From: Selaginella moellendorffii
Lineage: Eukaryota > Plantae > Lycopodiophyta
Length of the DNA: 64,000 bases
Reading direction: 5' to 3'
Assembly: GCF_000143415.4 (NCBI RefSeq)
Contig: NW_003314270.1
Coordinates: 2,349,048 to 2,413,047 of the forward strand
In this document: positions 63,740-64,000 of the stretch, piece after piece
Numbering within the stretch: the stretch's first letter is position 1
How the letters are laid out: each line of letters opens with the position of its first letter
Position numbers and translations under genes: made by a program
Notes under the pieces: generated by a model
Told to the model about the DNA's origin: nothing
Database searches by the model: none
The model's input: the letters and a program-made list of their open reading frames with translations, nothing else

Positions 63740-64000
63740 TATGAGTGCATGGAATATGAAAGGAAATATAGAAAATGTGCATATCAATTAGCCCAAAAAC
63801 CTTAACTTATATACAAAAAAGCAAGTGGCCTGGATTGAAACCAATCCAATGGCTACCAAAATTGCACTATACTAATATTAATATATGCCATTATAGCTGT
63901 ACACTTGGACCTCATATCATCCCCTCCTCTTGGAATAGTGGAAGGCCATTAAGATTCTCTTGTAGATGGGCCAGAATCTAGAGGAACGTTAAGAGGAGGC
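63740..64000 (-). mobile_element. Duplicated 3' LTR (63740-63916) and PPT of element 1 in copy B
   Basis: Homologous to 31567-31826 with the same CTCTAGG left flank. Confidence 0.85.

Larger units (their letters stand above)
51861..64000. repeat. Segmental duplication, copy B (runs off window end)
   Basis: See copy A; differs by an inversion (56200-57796), an LTR/LINE insertion and indels. Confidence 0.95.

Overview
Eukaryotic land-plant genomic DNA, most likely the lycophyte Selaginella. This is inferred from the 45-80 nt introns, compact GC-rich genes and S-motif-rich PLS-PPR; it was not verified by search. 1-27 kb is gene-dense: CTC1 (5' part), a catalytically degenerate tRNase Z-like gene, a PLS-PPR, a GDSL lipase, an orphan 7-exon gene, a Rhodanese-DSP-FHA phosphatase, a DUF616/MUCI70-like glycosyltransferase, a MEKK1-like MAPKKK, a START/SRPBCC-like protein, a small conserved plant protein, an ARM-repeat protein and an At4g18490-like gene. 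The At4g18490-like gene is built largely of tandemly duplicated, frame-symmetric exons and ends with a U12-type AT-AC intron. 31.6-51 kb is a nest of three minus-strand Ty3/Gypsy-type LTR elements. It is followed by an AT-rich, intronless ORF for a small secreted protein resembling a bacterial/fungal family (HGT candidate). 51.9-64 kb is a tandem segmental duplicate of 22.8-31.8 kb that differs by exon copy number, a ~1.5 kb inversion and an LTR remnant containing a LINE. Family assignments come from recalled motifs, and exon structures were reconstructed by hand from splice signals.
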